Assembly: GCA_047636235.1 (NCBI GenBank) | Contig: JBLIKI010000001.1 | Coordinates: 1-51,119, forward strand | Direction: 5' to 3' | Length of the DNA stretch: 51,119 nucleotides | Source of the DNA: Paracoccaceae bacterium | Lineage (GTDB): Bacteria > Pseudomonadota > Alphaproteobacteria > Rhodobacterales > Rhodobacteraceae | Shown: positions 18,766 to 28,018 of the stretch, in pieces | Layout: every line of letters starts with the position of its first letter | Numbering within the stretch: the first letter of the stretch is position 1 | Program-made: the position numbers and the translations under genes | The notes under the pieces: generated by a model | What the model was told of the DNA's origin: nothing | Databases searched by the model: none | Seen by the model: only the letters and a program-made list of their open reading frames with translations

Positions 18766-19026
18766 CCGCCCTGCGCGCCTGCGCGGTCCCTTTTCTCGCC
18801 ACGCGCGCCTGCGCAGCCCTTTCTCGCCCCGTGCCCCTGCGCGGCTCTTTTTCGCCACGCGCGCCTGCGCGGCGCACTTTTCTCGCCCTGCGCGCCTGCG
18901 CGGCCCACTTTTCTCGCCACGCGCGCCTGCGCGGCCCACTTTTCTCGCCACGCGCGCCTGCGCGGCCCACTTTTCTCACCACGCGCGCCTGCGCGGCCCA
19001 CTTTTCTCACCACGCGCGCCTGCGCG
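18761..19026. repeat. Minisatellite/VNTR, ~9 units of 28-31 bp, consensus cttttctcgccacgcgcgcctgcgcggccca
   Basis: Units start at 18761, 18790, 18819, 18847, 18877, 18908, 18939, 18970 and 19001; head-to-tail with no spacers. Confidence 0.95.
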
Positions 19027-19137
19027 CGATGTCGCGGCGCCCCTGAACCCGCTCGACATGCCACCCGCAACGGTGGCATCGCCAAGGCGCGGCTCGTCCA
19101 CCGAGGCGCCCTTCGCCCCTTGCAGAAGTAGCCCGCG

Positions 19138-20547
19138 ATGCCCCTGACGCTGCCGGCCAGACTGGCCATGCCCTTCGTGATCGCGTTGCTGCTGGTGATG
19201 GCGCTTGAACTGCTCGCGCGGATCTCCGGCGATCGGATGGTGCAGCACGCCGCCTGGGCGGCGATGGCGGTGGTGGCCGTGCTGTCGGTCCCGAGGCTCG
19301 GCCTGCGCGAAGGTTATCTGCTGTCGATGTGCGCCGTGCTCAGCGCGCTGGTGTTCTGGCAGGCGCCCGATCCAGGACCCGAGATCGCCGCCGCCCTCGA
19401 TCAGGCCGGGTTCCTGATGGTGTTCATCCTGCTGCTGGGGCTGCTGCACGAAGCGGCGGCGACCTCGCCGGCGGTGTCCGAGTGCGGCGACTATCTGACC
19501 CGCCAGCCGCCGGGGCGGCGGTATTATGTGCTCAACGGCGGATCGGCGGTGCTGGCGGTGCTGTTCAACGTCGGCGTCGTCAGCTTTCTGGTCCCGCTGA
19601 TCCAGCGCGGGATCGAACACGCCACGCCCGGCGATCCGCGCAACCCGATCCGAGAGCGGCGGCAGGTGTCCGCCCTGCTGCGCGGGTTCTCCTGGTGCGT
19701 GATCTGGTCGCCGACCGCGGTGGCGCCGCTGGCGGTGGCCGCGCTGATCCCCGGCGTCGACCGAAACCTGTGGATGATCTATGGCATCGCCGTGTTCGTG
19801 GTGATGATGGTTATCGGGGGGCTCGAGGACCGCTGGCGCTTTCGCGCCCTGCGCCCGGCCGTCGTGCGCACCCCGGCGCCGTTCCCTGCGGCGTCGTTCG
19901 CGCGGTTCCTCGCCGCCTGCGGCTGGCTGTTCGGCATGACCGCGATCATGATGTGGGCGGCGGATCAGACGCTGATTTTCGGGCTGTTGATGGCCTCGCC
20001 GTTGATGTTGGTCGGCTGGCTGGCGGTGCAAAACCGCTGGCCCGCGCCCGGCGCCGCGCGCGCCACGTTCGACCGGCTGCGCATCATCGCGGTGACGGGC
20101 CTGCCGCGGTCGGCGCCGGTGGCGATCACGCTCGCCTGCTCGGGCTATATCGGGCGGGCGGGCGCGTCGCTGGTCCCGGCCGAGGCGCTGGCGGCGGCGC
20201 TGCACCTCGACGCGATCCCCGACTATGCGCTGCTGTCGCTGATCCCGGCGGCGCTGGCGCTGCTGGGGCTGCTGGCGGTCAGCCCGATCATGATGGCGAT
20301 CTTTTTCGGATCGCTGTTCGGGGCGCTGCCGCAGATGCCCGCCGACCCGACGCTGATCGCGTTCTCGATCTCCTGCGGCTGGGCGCTGTCGATGACGTTC
20401 TCGCCCTTCGCCACCGTTGTGCTGCTGATTAACCGCGTCGCGGGGATCCCGGCGCGCAGCCTGACGTGGGATTGGAACCTCGGCTTCACGCTGATCGCCG
20501 CCGCGGCGCTGTGGCCGATATTCTGGGTGCTGACCGGCGGGCGCTGA
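19138..20547 (+). CDS. Polytopic membrane protein of unknown function (possible ion-transporter superfamily permease)
   Basis: 469 aa with about a dozen hydrophobic segments; LLRGFSWCVIWSP and WALSMTFSPF re-entrant-like motifs; typical GC3 codon bias. Confidence 0.75.
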   Translation: MPLTLPARLAMPFVIALLLVMALELLARISGDRMVQHAAWAAMAVVAVLSVPRLGLREGYLLSMCAVLSALVFWQAPDPGPEIAAALDQAGFLMVFILLLGLLHEAAATSPAVSECGDYLTRQPPGRRYYVLNGGSAVLAVLFNVGVVSFLVPLIQRGIEHATPGDPRNPIRERRQVSALLRGFSWCVIWSPTAVAPLAVAALIPGVDRNLWMIYGIAVFVVMMVIGGLEDRWRFRALRPAVVRTPAPFPAASFARFLAACGWLFGMTAIMMWAADQTLIFGLLMASPLMLVGWLAVQNRWPAPGAARATFDRLRIIAVTGLPRSAPVAITLACSGYIGRAGASLVPAEALAAALHLDAIPDYALLSLIPAALALLGLLAVSPIMMAIFFGSLFGALPQMPADPTLIAFSISCGWALSMTFSPFATVVLLINRVAGIPARSLTWDWNLGFTLIAAAALWPIFWVLTGGR

Positions 20548-20563
20548 CCGCCCGCCGGTCCGC

Positions 20564-21577
20564 TCAGGCGCCCAGCAGGTCGTCCACCGCGGCGCGCAAC
20601 TGCGCCTCGTCCGCCGCGCAAAACGTCGGGTTGCCCGCGCGGTGGCCGTAATCGGACACCAGCGGGCGCAATTGGGCGTTCGGCATCATCGCGGTCTCGA
20701 TCTCGGAGTCCGTCACCGGGAAATAGAGGTCGGTGGTCGACGGCATGATGATCGACCGCGCCGTGATCGCCCCCAGCGCCGCAGGCAGATCGCCATTGAA
20801 CACCGGGTTGGCGGAGATGTCCGAGACCATCCACGTCTCGATCATCGACAACAGGTCCATCGGGTCGCGGCGCAGAAAGTTCCCCTCCCACGCGCGGACC
20901 AGCCAGTCTTCAAGCGAGGTGAACCCGCCGCCCCGCCACAGCTCTTCGCGGTAGAACGTCTGGCTCATGGCCCATCCGGCATAGACGCGGGCGAAGGCGC
21001 GCAGACCGTCCAGCGGGCGCTGCGTGAACCGCCCGCCCCGCCACGCCCCGTCGGCGGTCAGCGCGCCGCGGATGCCTTGCAGGAACACCTGATTGTGCGG
21101 GCTGGTGCGCGCCGAGGTGCACACCGCGCAGATCCGCGCCACTCGGTCCGGCATCAGCGCGCCCCAGTGCAGCGCCTGCTGCCCGCCCATCGACCATCCA
21201 TAGATCAGCGCGATCCGCTCCACCTCGAACACCTCCGAGATCAGGCGTTCTTGCGCGCGCACATTGTCGAGATGGGTGAAGGCGGGGGCGCGCCCGTCAC
21301 CGAACGGGTCGGGCAGGGTGCTGGGAGAGGTCGACTGCCCGTTGCCGAACTGGTTCGGGATCACGATGAACCAATCGGTCGGGTCCAGCACCCGGCCCGG
21401 CCCGATCAGCCAGTCGATGTCGGCGTGCTGCGCGCCATAGGAGGTGGGGTAGAGGATCAGGTTCGACCGATCCGCCGCCAGCGTCCCATAGGTGCGATAG
21501 GTCAGCTGCGCGCCCGGCAGCGTGATCCCGCATTGCAGCGGCATGGCGCCGAGGTCGAAGCGATGCGCGCCGCTCAT
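20564..21577 (-). CDS. Alpha/beta hydrolase of the homoserine acetyltransferase (MetX) fold, function unknown
   Basis: YRTYGTL, GWSMGG nucleophile, DLYFP Asp and GHRAG His; lacks the MetX HALTG and GHDAFL signatures. Confidence 0.85.
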   Translation of the reverse strand: MSGAHRFDLGAMPLQCGITLPGAQLTYRTYGTLAADRSNLILYPTSYGAQHADIDWLIGPGRVLDPTDWFIVIPNQFGNGQSTSPSTLPDPFGDGRAPAFTHLDNVRAQERLISEVFEVERIALIYGWSMGGQQALHWGALMPDRVARICAVCTSARTSPHNQVFLQGIRGALTADGAWRGGRFTQRPLDGLRAFARVYAGWAMSQTFYREELWRGGGFTSLEDWLVRAWEGNFLRRDPMDLLSMIETWMVSDISANPVFNGDLPAALGAITARSIIMPSTTDLYFPVTDSEIETAMMPNAQLRPLVSDYGHRAGNPTFCAADEAQLRAAVDDLLGA

Positions 21578-21700
21578 GATGTCGGGCCTCGGGTGGGGGT
21601 GTGCATGGTCGGGCCTCGCTGTTGGGTGGGTCCGAGGCTAGCGCGCCCGCCGGACGGGGGATATGGCCAGCGCCCGGGCTTTGCGCTGGGCGGCGCCGGG

Positions 21701-23002
21701 TCAGCGGTCGCGGGCCGCCAGCGCCTGGGCGTCGCGCATCGCGTGCCAGCGGGTCAGCGCTTGCGCGCCAAGGCCCGCGACGACGGGGTGGATCGGCGCT
21801 TTGGGGAACGGCAGGTCGTCGAACGCAGTCTCGTCCCCCGGCTGGCCCAGCACTCGGCGCGCGAGTTTGGAGGCGAAATAGATGCTGCGCGTGACGCCCG
21901 ACCCGCAATAGCCGCCCGCGAACCACACGCCGTCGATCTTGCCGAGGTGCGGCGCATGATCGACGGTATAGGCGACGTAGCCGGACCAGACCTCCTCGAA
22001 CGCCACGCCTTCCAGCTGGGGGAACACCCGCAGCGCCGAGGCGCGCAGGGCATCCGCCTGCGCCTGCGGCCCGCCGCCGATCGGGCCCATGCGGCCGCCA
22101 AAGATGAAGCGCGTGCGGTCGGGGGTGGGGCGGAACCACATGAACACCCGGCGCGATTCGCTGAACATATGGTTCGCGGGGGTCAGGTCGGCCATTTGCG
22201 CGGCGCTCAGCTGCCCGGTCGCCACCGCCCCGGTGCGGATCGGCACGACCCGCAGGCGCAGCGGGTCCGCCCCCGCGCCGATGCCATAGCCGTTGGTCGC
22301 CACGATCACATCGCGGGCGTTGATCACGCCACCCGCGTGGCGCACCACCGCGCCGCGGCCTGAGGCGGTGATGCCGGTCACCAGCGTATCGGGGTGCAGG
22401 GTGGCGCCTGCGTCCTCAGCCTTGGCGGCCAGGGCTGCGACCAGTTTGCGCGGATGGATGCCGCCGTCGCGGTGATAGACCACGCCTCCGCGGTAGAAAT
22501 CGGTCCCGATCCGGTCCCGCTGATCGCTCTGCGGGATCATCGTGAACGGCAGCCCCACCGCCTTTTCCAGCCGCGCGCATTCCCGCGCGGTGGCGTCATA
22601 ATCGTCGCTCGTCACCGCGCCGCGAAACCGACCCGTCAGCTGCAAGTCGCAGTCGAGGCCCTCATCGGCCACGAAGCTTTCGAAATGATCGAGCGCGAGC
22701 ATCCCTTCGCGCAGGATCGCCACCGCTTTCGCCTCGCCGTATTTGGCGGTCAGCCCGGCCATGCCGATCTTGTGAAAGCTGGGGCCGACCATGCCGCCAT
22801 TGCGCGACGACGCGCCGTGACCGATGCTCCCCGCGTCCAGCACCGCGACCGATCGCCCGCCCCGCGCCAGATGGATCGCGGCGGTCAGCCCGGTGAACCC
22901 GGCGCCGACCACCACCACATCGACATCCGCGGGCAAGGCGGCGGCTTTCGGCATATAGGCGGGGGCGCCGCCGGTCCAGTGGATGCGGTGAAGTGCGGGC
23001 AT
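21701..23002 (-). CDS. FAD-dependent oxidoreductase, DadA/PuuB (D-amino-acid oxidase-like) family, 433 aa
   Basis: Start reassigned to MPALHRIHW. VVGAGFTG, GASSRNGG, VATNGY, WSG and GYCGSGV motifs. Confidence 0.92.
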   Translation of the reverse strand: MPALHRIHWTGGAPAYMPKAAALPADVDVVVVGAGFTGLTAAIHLARGGRSVAVLDAGSIGHGASSRNGGMVGPSFHKIGMAGLTAKYGEAKAVAILREGMLALDHFESFVADEGLDCDLQLTGRFRGAVTSDDYDATARECARLEKAVGLPFTMIPQSDQRDRIGTDFYRGGVVYHRDGGIHPRKLVAALAAKAEDAGATLHPDTLVTGITASGRGAVVRHAGGVINARDVIVATNGYGIGAGADPLRLRVVPIRTGAVATGQLSAAQMADLTPANHMFSESRRVFMWFRPTPDRTRFIFGGRMGPIGGGPQAQADALRASALRVFPQLEGVAFEEVWSGYVAYTVDHAPHLGKIDGVWFAGGYCGSGVTRSIYFASKLARRVLGQPGDETAFDDLPFPKAPIHPVVAGLGAQALTRWHAMRDAQALAARDR

Positions 23003-23010
23003 TGCGGGCC

Positions 23011-23772
23011 TCAGTCCTTTATGTCCCAGCTGGCGCGGTGACGCTCGGTCGGGAAGCGGTTCACCAGGTCCAGCTCTCGGATCCGCGCGATCGAGGCTTC
23101 GAACAGCGCCCGCGATACCGGCACGCTGTCGGGGGCCAAGGCCACGCGGCGCAATGCCTCTCCCCGCCCGCCCCACGCATCAAGCAGGCGCGCCAGATCG
23201 CCGACCGCGTCGGCCTCCGAAATGTCCACCCTGAGGTCGCACTCGTCAATCCCGTGCTCCGCGGTCACGCGCAAGGCGGCGGAGCGGAGGGTTCCCGTCA
23301 CCTCGCCCCCGGCATCGCGCCCAGCGATCAGCGCGTGCATCAGGCGGGCGGATAGCGGCGCGCCGGGATCTGCGGCGAAGCCCGCCGCCATCCGCGCGGT
23401 CACGTCGCCATTGCCGAGGATGTTGCCAAGCGCCAAACAGTTGCGCCCGACCGAATGGGTGTGGATCGAATACATCCGCCGCCCGTGATAGACTGAAGCG
23501 CGGCCAGAGGCGTCAAGCACGCCGATTTGGCGCCATTCGATGTCGGGCGTTGAGGTGCAGATCGCGGTGACGGCCTCGTCCGCGCTCGCCCCCAGGTCGA
23601 TCCGCGCGATGCCAAGATCGCCGAGCCGGCTGTCGGTGCGGTGCTGCGACAGCACCGCGCCGCGTCCGTGCGAGAGCCGCACGCAGCGTGCCCCGACCGC
23701 GAGGTCCGAGGTGGTGATCGCGGCGCCGAACGCGCCGCTGCGCTCGCACCGCGCGATGATCGAAAAGGTCAT
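23011..23772 (-). CDS. DUF1028 family (Ntn-hydrolase-like) protein, copy 1
   Basis: MTFSIIARC...GAFGAAITT..LAVGARC, WRQIGVLD, LGNIL, AGGE, SAAL and DLRVD motifs. Confidence 0.88.
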   Translation of the reverse strand: MTFSIIARCERSGAFGAAITTSDLAVGARCVRLSHGRGAVLSQHRTDSRLGDLGIARIDLGASADEAVTAICTSTPDIEWRQIGVLDASGRASVYHGRRMYSIHTHSVGRNCLALGNILGNGDVTARMAAGFAADPGAPLSARLMHALIAGRDAGGEVTGTLRSAALRVTAEHGIDECDLRVDISEADAVGDLARLLDAWGGRGEALRRVALAPDSVPVSRALFEASIARIRELDLVNRFPTERHRASWDIKD

Positions 23773-23790
23773 GGGCGCCTCATATTCGGG

Positions 23791-25161
23791 TCAGACCGCA
23801 TCGCGGGTCGGCATCGGAACGCCGCGGTCCGTCGCCCCGAACCGCACCCACATCGCGTCGGTGGCGGTCTGGGCGTCCTCAACCGCGGAGGATTCGTCGA
23901 TGGTGGTCAGCACGCGATCCCGCATCAGGAACCGCCCGTCGACCATGGTGTCGGTGACGATGCCGGGATGCCCGTAATGCACCAGGTTCGAGATGGCGGA
24001 GATCCGCGGCGTCATCGCCGGCGCCCCAAGATCAATCATCGCCAGATCGGCCTTCATCCCGACCTCGATCCGCCCGATATCGGGCCGGTCCAGCGCGCGG
24101 GCCGCGTTCACGGTGGCATAGTCGAAGATCCGCTGCGGGGTCGGGACCACCGACCGCCCGTAGGCGCCCCGATGCAGCACCAGCGCCATCTTCATGGCGT
24201 GGAACATATCCTCGGTCATGTTGTCGGTGCCGAGCATGATGTTCACGCCGGCGTCCAATATCGCCCGGATCGGCAGCGGGTGCGGCCCCTTGGCGGACAT
24301 CGAGGCGGGGCAGTGCGCCAGATGCGTCCCGGTTTGCGCCAGGGTCGCGACGTCGGATTCCGAGCAGAACGTCCAATGCACCGCGATCAGATCGTCGCCG
24401 AGGAAATCATTGCGGTGCAGATACTCGGTCGAGGTGCAGCCATGCAGCGCCTCCACCTGCGTCTTTTCCGAGATGATCTGGCTCAGATGCGCGGTGCGGC
24501 GCAGGCCGTGGCGGCGCGCGAGATCATTGAGCTCCCCCAGCATCCACGGGCTGCAATTGTCCGGCGCGTGGGCGGCGATCATCACGCGGACGCGGTCGTC
24601 CTCAGCCCCATGGAACCGCTCGATCAGATCGCGGGTGCGGGTCAGGAACGTCTCGCCGAACGCGCGGTCGAAGCGATAGGTCCCGGACCCGACCTCGGTG
24701 GTCACCGCATCGGCGCAGCTTTCGGCCAGCCAAAGGCGCATCCCGGTCTCGATCATCGCAGGCGCATAGTCGGCGACGTGGCGCAGCGGGTCGACCATGG
24801 TGGTGGTGCCGGAGCGGATCGCCTCGGCGCAGGCCAGCCGGGCGATGGCGGCGCGCTCTTCAGGTTCCAGCAGATAGGACGCCGGGACCATGTATTGGTA
24901 GACGAGGTTGCCCTCGATATCCTCAACCGTGCCGCGCAGCGACAGCAGCACCGAATGGGTGTGTGCGTTGATCAGGCCCGGGATGACGAGGCGGGCGCGG
25001 GCGTCCACAGGCTCGAAATCCGCGAACGCCGTCCCGATGGGGGCCTCGGGCAGGATCGCGACGATGCGGTCGCCGTCGATGGCGATGTGCCCGGCGCGGA
25101 TCACGGCGCCATCGGGGCCGGGGGCTGCATAGCGGGCGTTTTCCAGCAGATACCGGGTCAT
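23791..25161 (-). CDS. Metal-dependent amidohydrolase (COG0402 deaminase/chlorohydrolase-like) with HxxQ
   Basis: PGLINAHTH, SGTTT, AHAPD, HLSQ, AVH, HCP, LGTDN and GRIEVGMKADL motifs. Confidence 0.92.
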   Translation of the reverse strand: MTRYLLENARYAAPGPDGAVIRAGHIAIDGDRIVAILPEAPIGTAFADFEPVDARARLVIPGLINAHTHSVLLSLRGTVEDIEGNLVYQYMVPASYLLEPEERAAIARLACAEAIRSGTTTMVDPLRHVADYAPAMIETGMRLWLAESCADAVTTEVGSGTYRFDRAFGETFLTRTRDLIERFHGAEDDRVRVMIAAHAPDNCSPWMLGELNDLARRHGLRRTAHLSQIISEKTQVEALHGCTSTEYLHRNDFLGDDLIAVHWTFCSESDVATLAQTGTHLAHCPASMSAKGPHPLPIRAILDAGVNIMLGTDNMTEDMFHAMKMALVLHRGAYGRSVVPTPQRIFDYATVNAARALDRPDIGRIEVGMKADLAMIDLGAPAMTPRISAISNLVHYGHPGIVTDTMVDGRFLMRDRVLTTIDESSAVEDAQTATDAMWVRFGATDRGVPMPTRDAV

Positions 25162-25937
25162 GATTTCCTCAGCACCACCACCGCGGTGGCGATCAGGGTG
25201 ACGATCACCAATACCGTGGCGACGGCGGCGATGGTGGGGTCGATGTTGTCCTGAATCCCCTCCCAGATCATTTTCGGCAAGGTGGTGACCCGGCGCACGG
25301 TGATGAACAGGACCCCGACGATCTCATCGAACGACACGATGAACGCGAAGATCCCGCCGGTGATCATGCCCGGCCGCGCAGCAGGCAGAACCACCGCCAC
25401 GACGGTGGTCCAGACCGAGGCCCCGCAGGACCGCGCCGCCTGCGGCAGCCGCCGATCCAGATTGGCCAGCGCCGCGAACACCGAGATGGTGACATAGGGC
25501 AGCGCCAGCAGCGTGTGCGCCAGCACCACCCCGGTATAGGTGTCGATCAGGCCCAATTGCACCCAGAAGCGATAGAAGCCCAGCGATTGCACCACCGGCG
25601 GCACCAGAATCGGCGTGATCAGCACCCAGCGCGCCATGGTGCTGGCGCGGTCTGACAGGAACCAGCAACCGATCGCGAACGCGGTGCCAAGCCCGGTCGC
25701 CAGCGTCGCCACCGCCAGCCCGATCGCCATCGAATGCCACGTCGCCCCCAGCCATTCGGCCGAGGTGAAGAAGTTGGCATAGTGCTGCAACGACAGCCCG
25801 TCGCGCGGCAGAGAGATATAGTGCGTGTCGGTCAGCGACACCGGGATCACCACCAGGATCGGCAGGATCAGGAACATCAGCACCGCCCATGCAGCCATGT
25901 GCACGGCGCGGGCGAGGGGGGAGGCGCGCTCCATCAT
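25158..25937 (-). CDS. ABC transporter permease (PotC-like), 259 aa
   Basis: Start reassigned to the ATGA overlap with the upstream stop. QAARSCGA (EAA loop), FIVSFDE, TLP motifs. Confidence 0.92.
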   Translation of the reverse strand: MMERASPLARAVHMAAWAVLMFLILPILVVIPVSLTDTHYISLPRDGLSLQHYANFFTSAEWLGATWHSMAIGLAVATLATGLGTAFAIGCWFLSDRASTMARWVLITPILVPPVVQSLGFYRFWVQLGLIDTYTGVVLAHTLLALPYVTISVFAALANLDRRLPQAARSCGASVWTTVVAVVLPAARPGMITGGIFAFIVSFDEIVGVLFITVRRVTTLPKMIWEGIQDNIDPTIAAVATVLVIVTLIATAVVVLRKS

Positions 25938-26767
25938 CCGCGCTCCAACAGCGCGCCGCGCAGGTTCACGAACCGCGCCGCGATCACCAGCGCCAGCGCC
26001 GTGGCGACCAATAGCGCGACCGAGAGGGCGGAGCCGAGGCCCCAATTCAGGAACTCCTGAATCTGGTAGGTGATGTATTCCGAGATCATCAGCACCCGGC
26101 CCCCGCCCAGCAGCGCGGGCGTGATGTAGAACCCCAGCGACAGCACGAACACCAGCAAAGCGCCCGACATCACCCCGGGCAGGGTCTGGGGGAAATAGAC
26201 CTGCCGGAACGCGGTCCATTCCCCGGCGCCAAGCCCGCGGGCGGCGCGCACATAGGCGCCGTCGATGCCGCGCATATTGGCCATCATCGGCAGCACCGCG
26301 AACGGCAGCATGACGTGGATCATCGCGATCAACACGCCGAGTTCATTGTGCATCAGCCTGAGCGGCGTATCGATCACCCCCGCCCCGATCAGCGTGTCGT
26401 TCACGATCCCGGACCGGCCCAGCAGCACGATCCACGCAAACGACCGGATCAGCACCGACACCCAGAACGGCAGCAGCAGCAGCGCGATCATCAGCGGCTT
26501 CCAGGACCGCGCGGTGTTGGCGATGGAATAGGCGACGATATAGCCGAGGATCAGGCACCCCGCCGTGGTGATCGCCGCGATGCGAAAGGTGATGCCGAAG
26601 CTGATCTTGACCGGGCTGCTATCGGCCAGCTTGGCGTAGTTGCCCAAACCGAGCGTCGGTTCGGTCACGCTGATCGCCCAGATGTTCACCAAGGGCCAGA
26701 TGTAGAAGATCACCATCACCAGCAGCGCTGGAAGCGCCAGCAGCCAATAGCGGGTTCTGTCGGTCAT
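25934..26767 (-). CDS. ABC transporter permease (PotB-like)
   Basis: LLPFWVSVLIRSFAW, RAARGLGA and LGFYITPALLGG motifs. Confidence 0.94.
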   Translation of the reverse strand: MTDRTRYWLLALPALLVMVIFYIWPLVNIWAISVTEPTLGLGNYAKLADSSPVKISFGITFRIAAITTAGCLILGYIVAYSIANTARSWKPLMIALLLLPFWVSVLIRSFAWIVLLGRSGIVNDTLIGAGVIDTPLRLMHNELGVLIAMIHVMLPFAVLPMMANMRGIDGAYVRAARGLGAGEWTAFRQVYFPQTLPGVMSGALLVFVLSLGFYITPALLGGGRVLMISEYITYQIQEFLNWGLGSALSVALLVATALALVIAARFVNLRGALLERG

Positions 26768-26833
26768 CGGTCAGGCTCCGGGCGCCAAGGTAAAAGGGTC
26801 GGGCGGCGCCTGGGGCGCCGCCCGATGGCGCGA

Positions 26834-27967
26834 TCAGTTGATCAGCGCGTCGATGTATTTCTCCTCAGCCGTGATCTGGTTCTTGGCATACCATTCGTCG
26901 TTATAGAGGATCTGGTTCACGAGATTTTCGGGGGAGCTCGGGTTCCACATCGCCATCGCAGGCGGCACCAGCGCCGCGGCCGCGGGGTTGATCGGGCCGG
27001 AGCCGATCAGCTCAAGCCACTTGACCTGCAATTCGGGCTGTTGGGCGTGCTTGATGAACTTCATCGCCGCCTCGGCGCCCGCCGGGTTGCCTTTGGGAAC
27101 CACCCAGATGCCCGGCGACAGCACGCCGCCGTTGAAGGTCTGGGTGAAGGTGCCCTCGGGCATCTCGTCCTTCAGCAGGAAGCCGCGGGTCGACCAGATG
27201 TTGCCGATCGAGACCTCTTCTTGCAGGAACAGGTTCTGGCTGTCGCTGCCAGAGCCCCAGACGATGATGTTCTCGCGCAAGCTGCGGAACTTGGCGATGG
27301 CGGCGTTGATGCCGTCATCGGTGCCGAGCGCCTCATACACGTCCTTGGGCTCGACCCCCATCGCCATGGTGGCGCTTTCGAGCATCCCGCGCACCGATTT
27401 GCGGAACGTCCGCATGCCGGGGAAATCCTTGACGTTCCACACATCCGCCCAGTTCTGCGGCACGTTCCCGCCCAGCAGCTTGGGGTTCGACGCCAGCACA
27501 TACGAATAGACGTAGTTGCCGACCCCGTGGGAATAGGCGGTCCCCTCCAGCACCTTGGATTTGTCGACGATGGAATAATCGATCGGCTCGGTCATGCCCT
27601 GCTGCGCGAGGATGATCGCCGATCCGGCGCCGCTGTCGCACACGTCCCAGACCACCGCGCCCGATTCCACCATCGCGCGGATCCGGCCTGCGGACGGGCC
27701 GGACCCGTCGATCACCACCGGGATGCCGGTGGCGGCGGTGTAGGTCTCGCCCAACACCTCTTTGATGATGTCGGCGGCGGCGCCGCCCCAGTTCACCAGC
27801 ACGATTTCATTGGCGGCGGCGTGGGCCTTGCCGCCAAGCGCCGGAAGGATGCCCATCGCGCCAAGGGCTGCCAGGAACCCGCGCCGGGTCAGGCGGCCTT
27901 CGCGGTACCGGTGGGCGGCGATCTCAACCATATCGAGCCGCTGTTCGTGGTCAAAGCTGTCAGTCAT
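26834..27967 (-). CDS. ABC solute-binding protein (PotD/PotF-like), Tat signal
   Basis: TRRGFL Tat motif; NWGG, MVESGAVVWDV, WNVKDFPGMR motifs. Confidence 0.93.
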   Translation of the reverse strand: MTDSFDHEQRLDMVEIAAHRYREGRLTRRGFLAALGAMGILPALGGKAHAAANEIVLVNWGGAAADIIKEVLGETYTAATGIPVVIDGSGPSAGRIRAMVESGAVVWDVCDSGAGSAIILAQQGMTEPIDYSIVDKSKVLEGTAYSHGVGNYVYSYVLASNPKLLGGNVPQNWADVWNVKDFPGMRTFRKSVRGMLESATMAMGVEPKDVYEALGTDDGINAAIAKFRSLRENIIVWGSGSDSQNLFLQEEVSIGNIWSTRGFLLKDEMPEGTFTQTFNGGVLSPGIWVVPKGNPAGAEAAMKFIKHAQQPELQVKWLELIGSGPINPAAAALVPPAMAMWNPSSPENLVNQILYNDEWYAKNQITAEEKYIDALIN

Positions 27968-27983
27968 GGTCGCTCTCCGTACT

Positions 27984-28018
27984 GGGGGATTGGGCTGGGG
28001 AATGGGCTGGGGGATGGG
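27984..28018 (+). repeat. G-tract tandem repeat (potential G-quadruplex) between ATPase stop and SBP RBS
   Basis: GGGGG-att-GGG-ct-GGGG-aat-GGG-ct-GGGGG-at-GGG, about 12-bp period. Confidence 0.6.

Noticed and set aside
18761-19026. CRISPR array
   Set aside because: Units are head-to-tail with no unique spacers and there are no cas genes in the window; it is a minisatellite.
17784-19169. Repeat-protein ORFs across the VNTR (17784-19169, 18472-18951, 18565-19131, 18687-19046)
   Set aside because: Open only because the repeat lacks stops; unit lengths are mostly not multiples of 3, and most overlap dctM.
20564-21577. metX (methionine biosynthesis)
   Set aside because: Lacks the HALTG and GHDAFL substrate-binding signatures, so no symbol was assigned.
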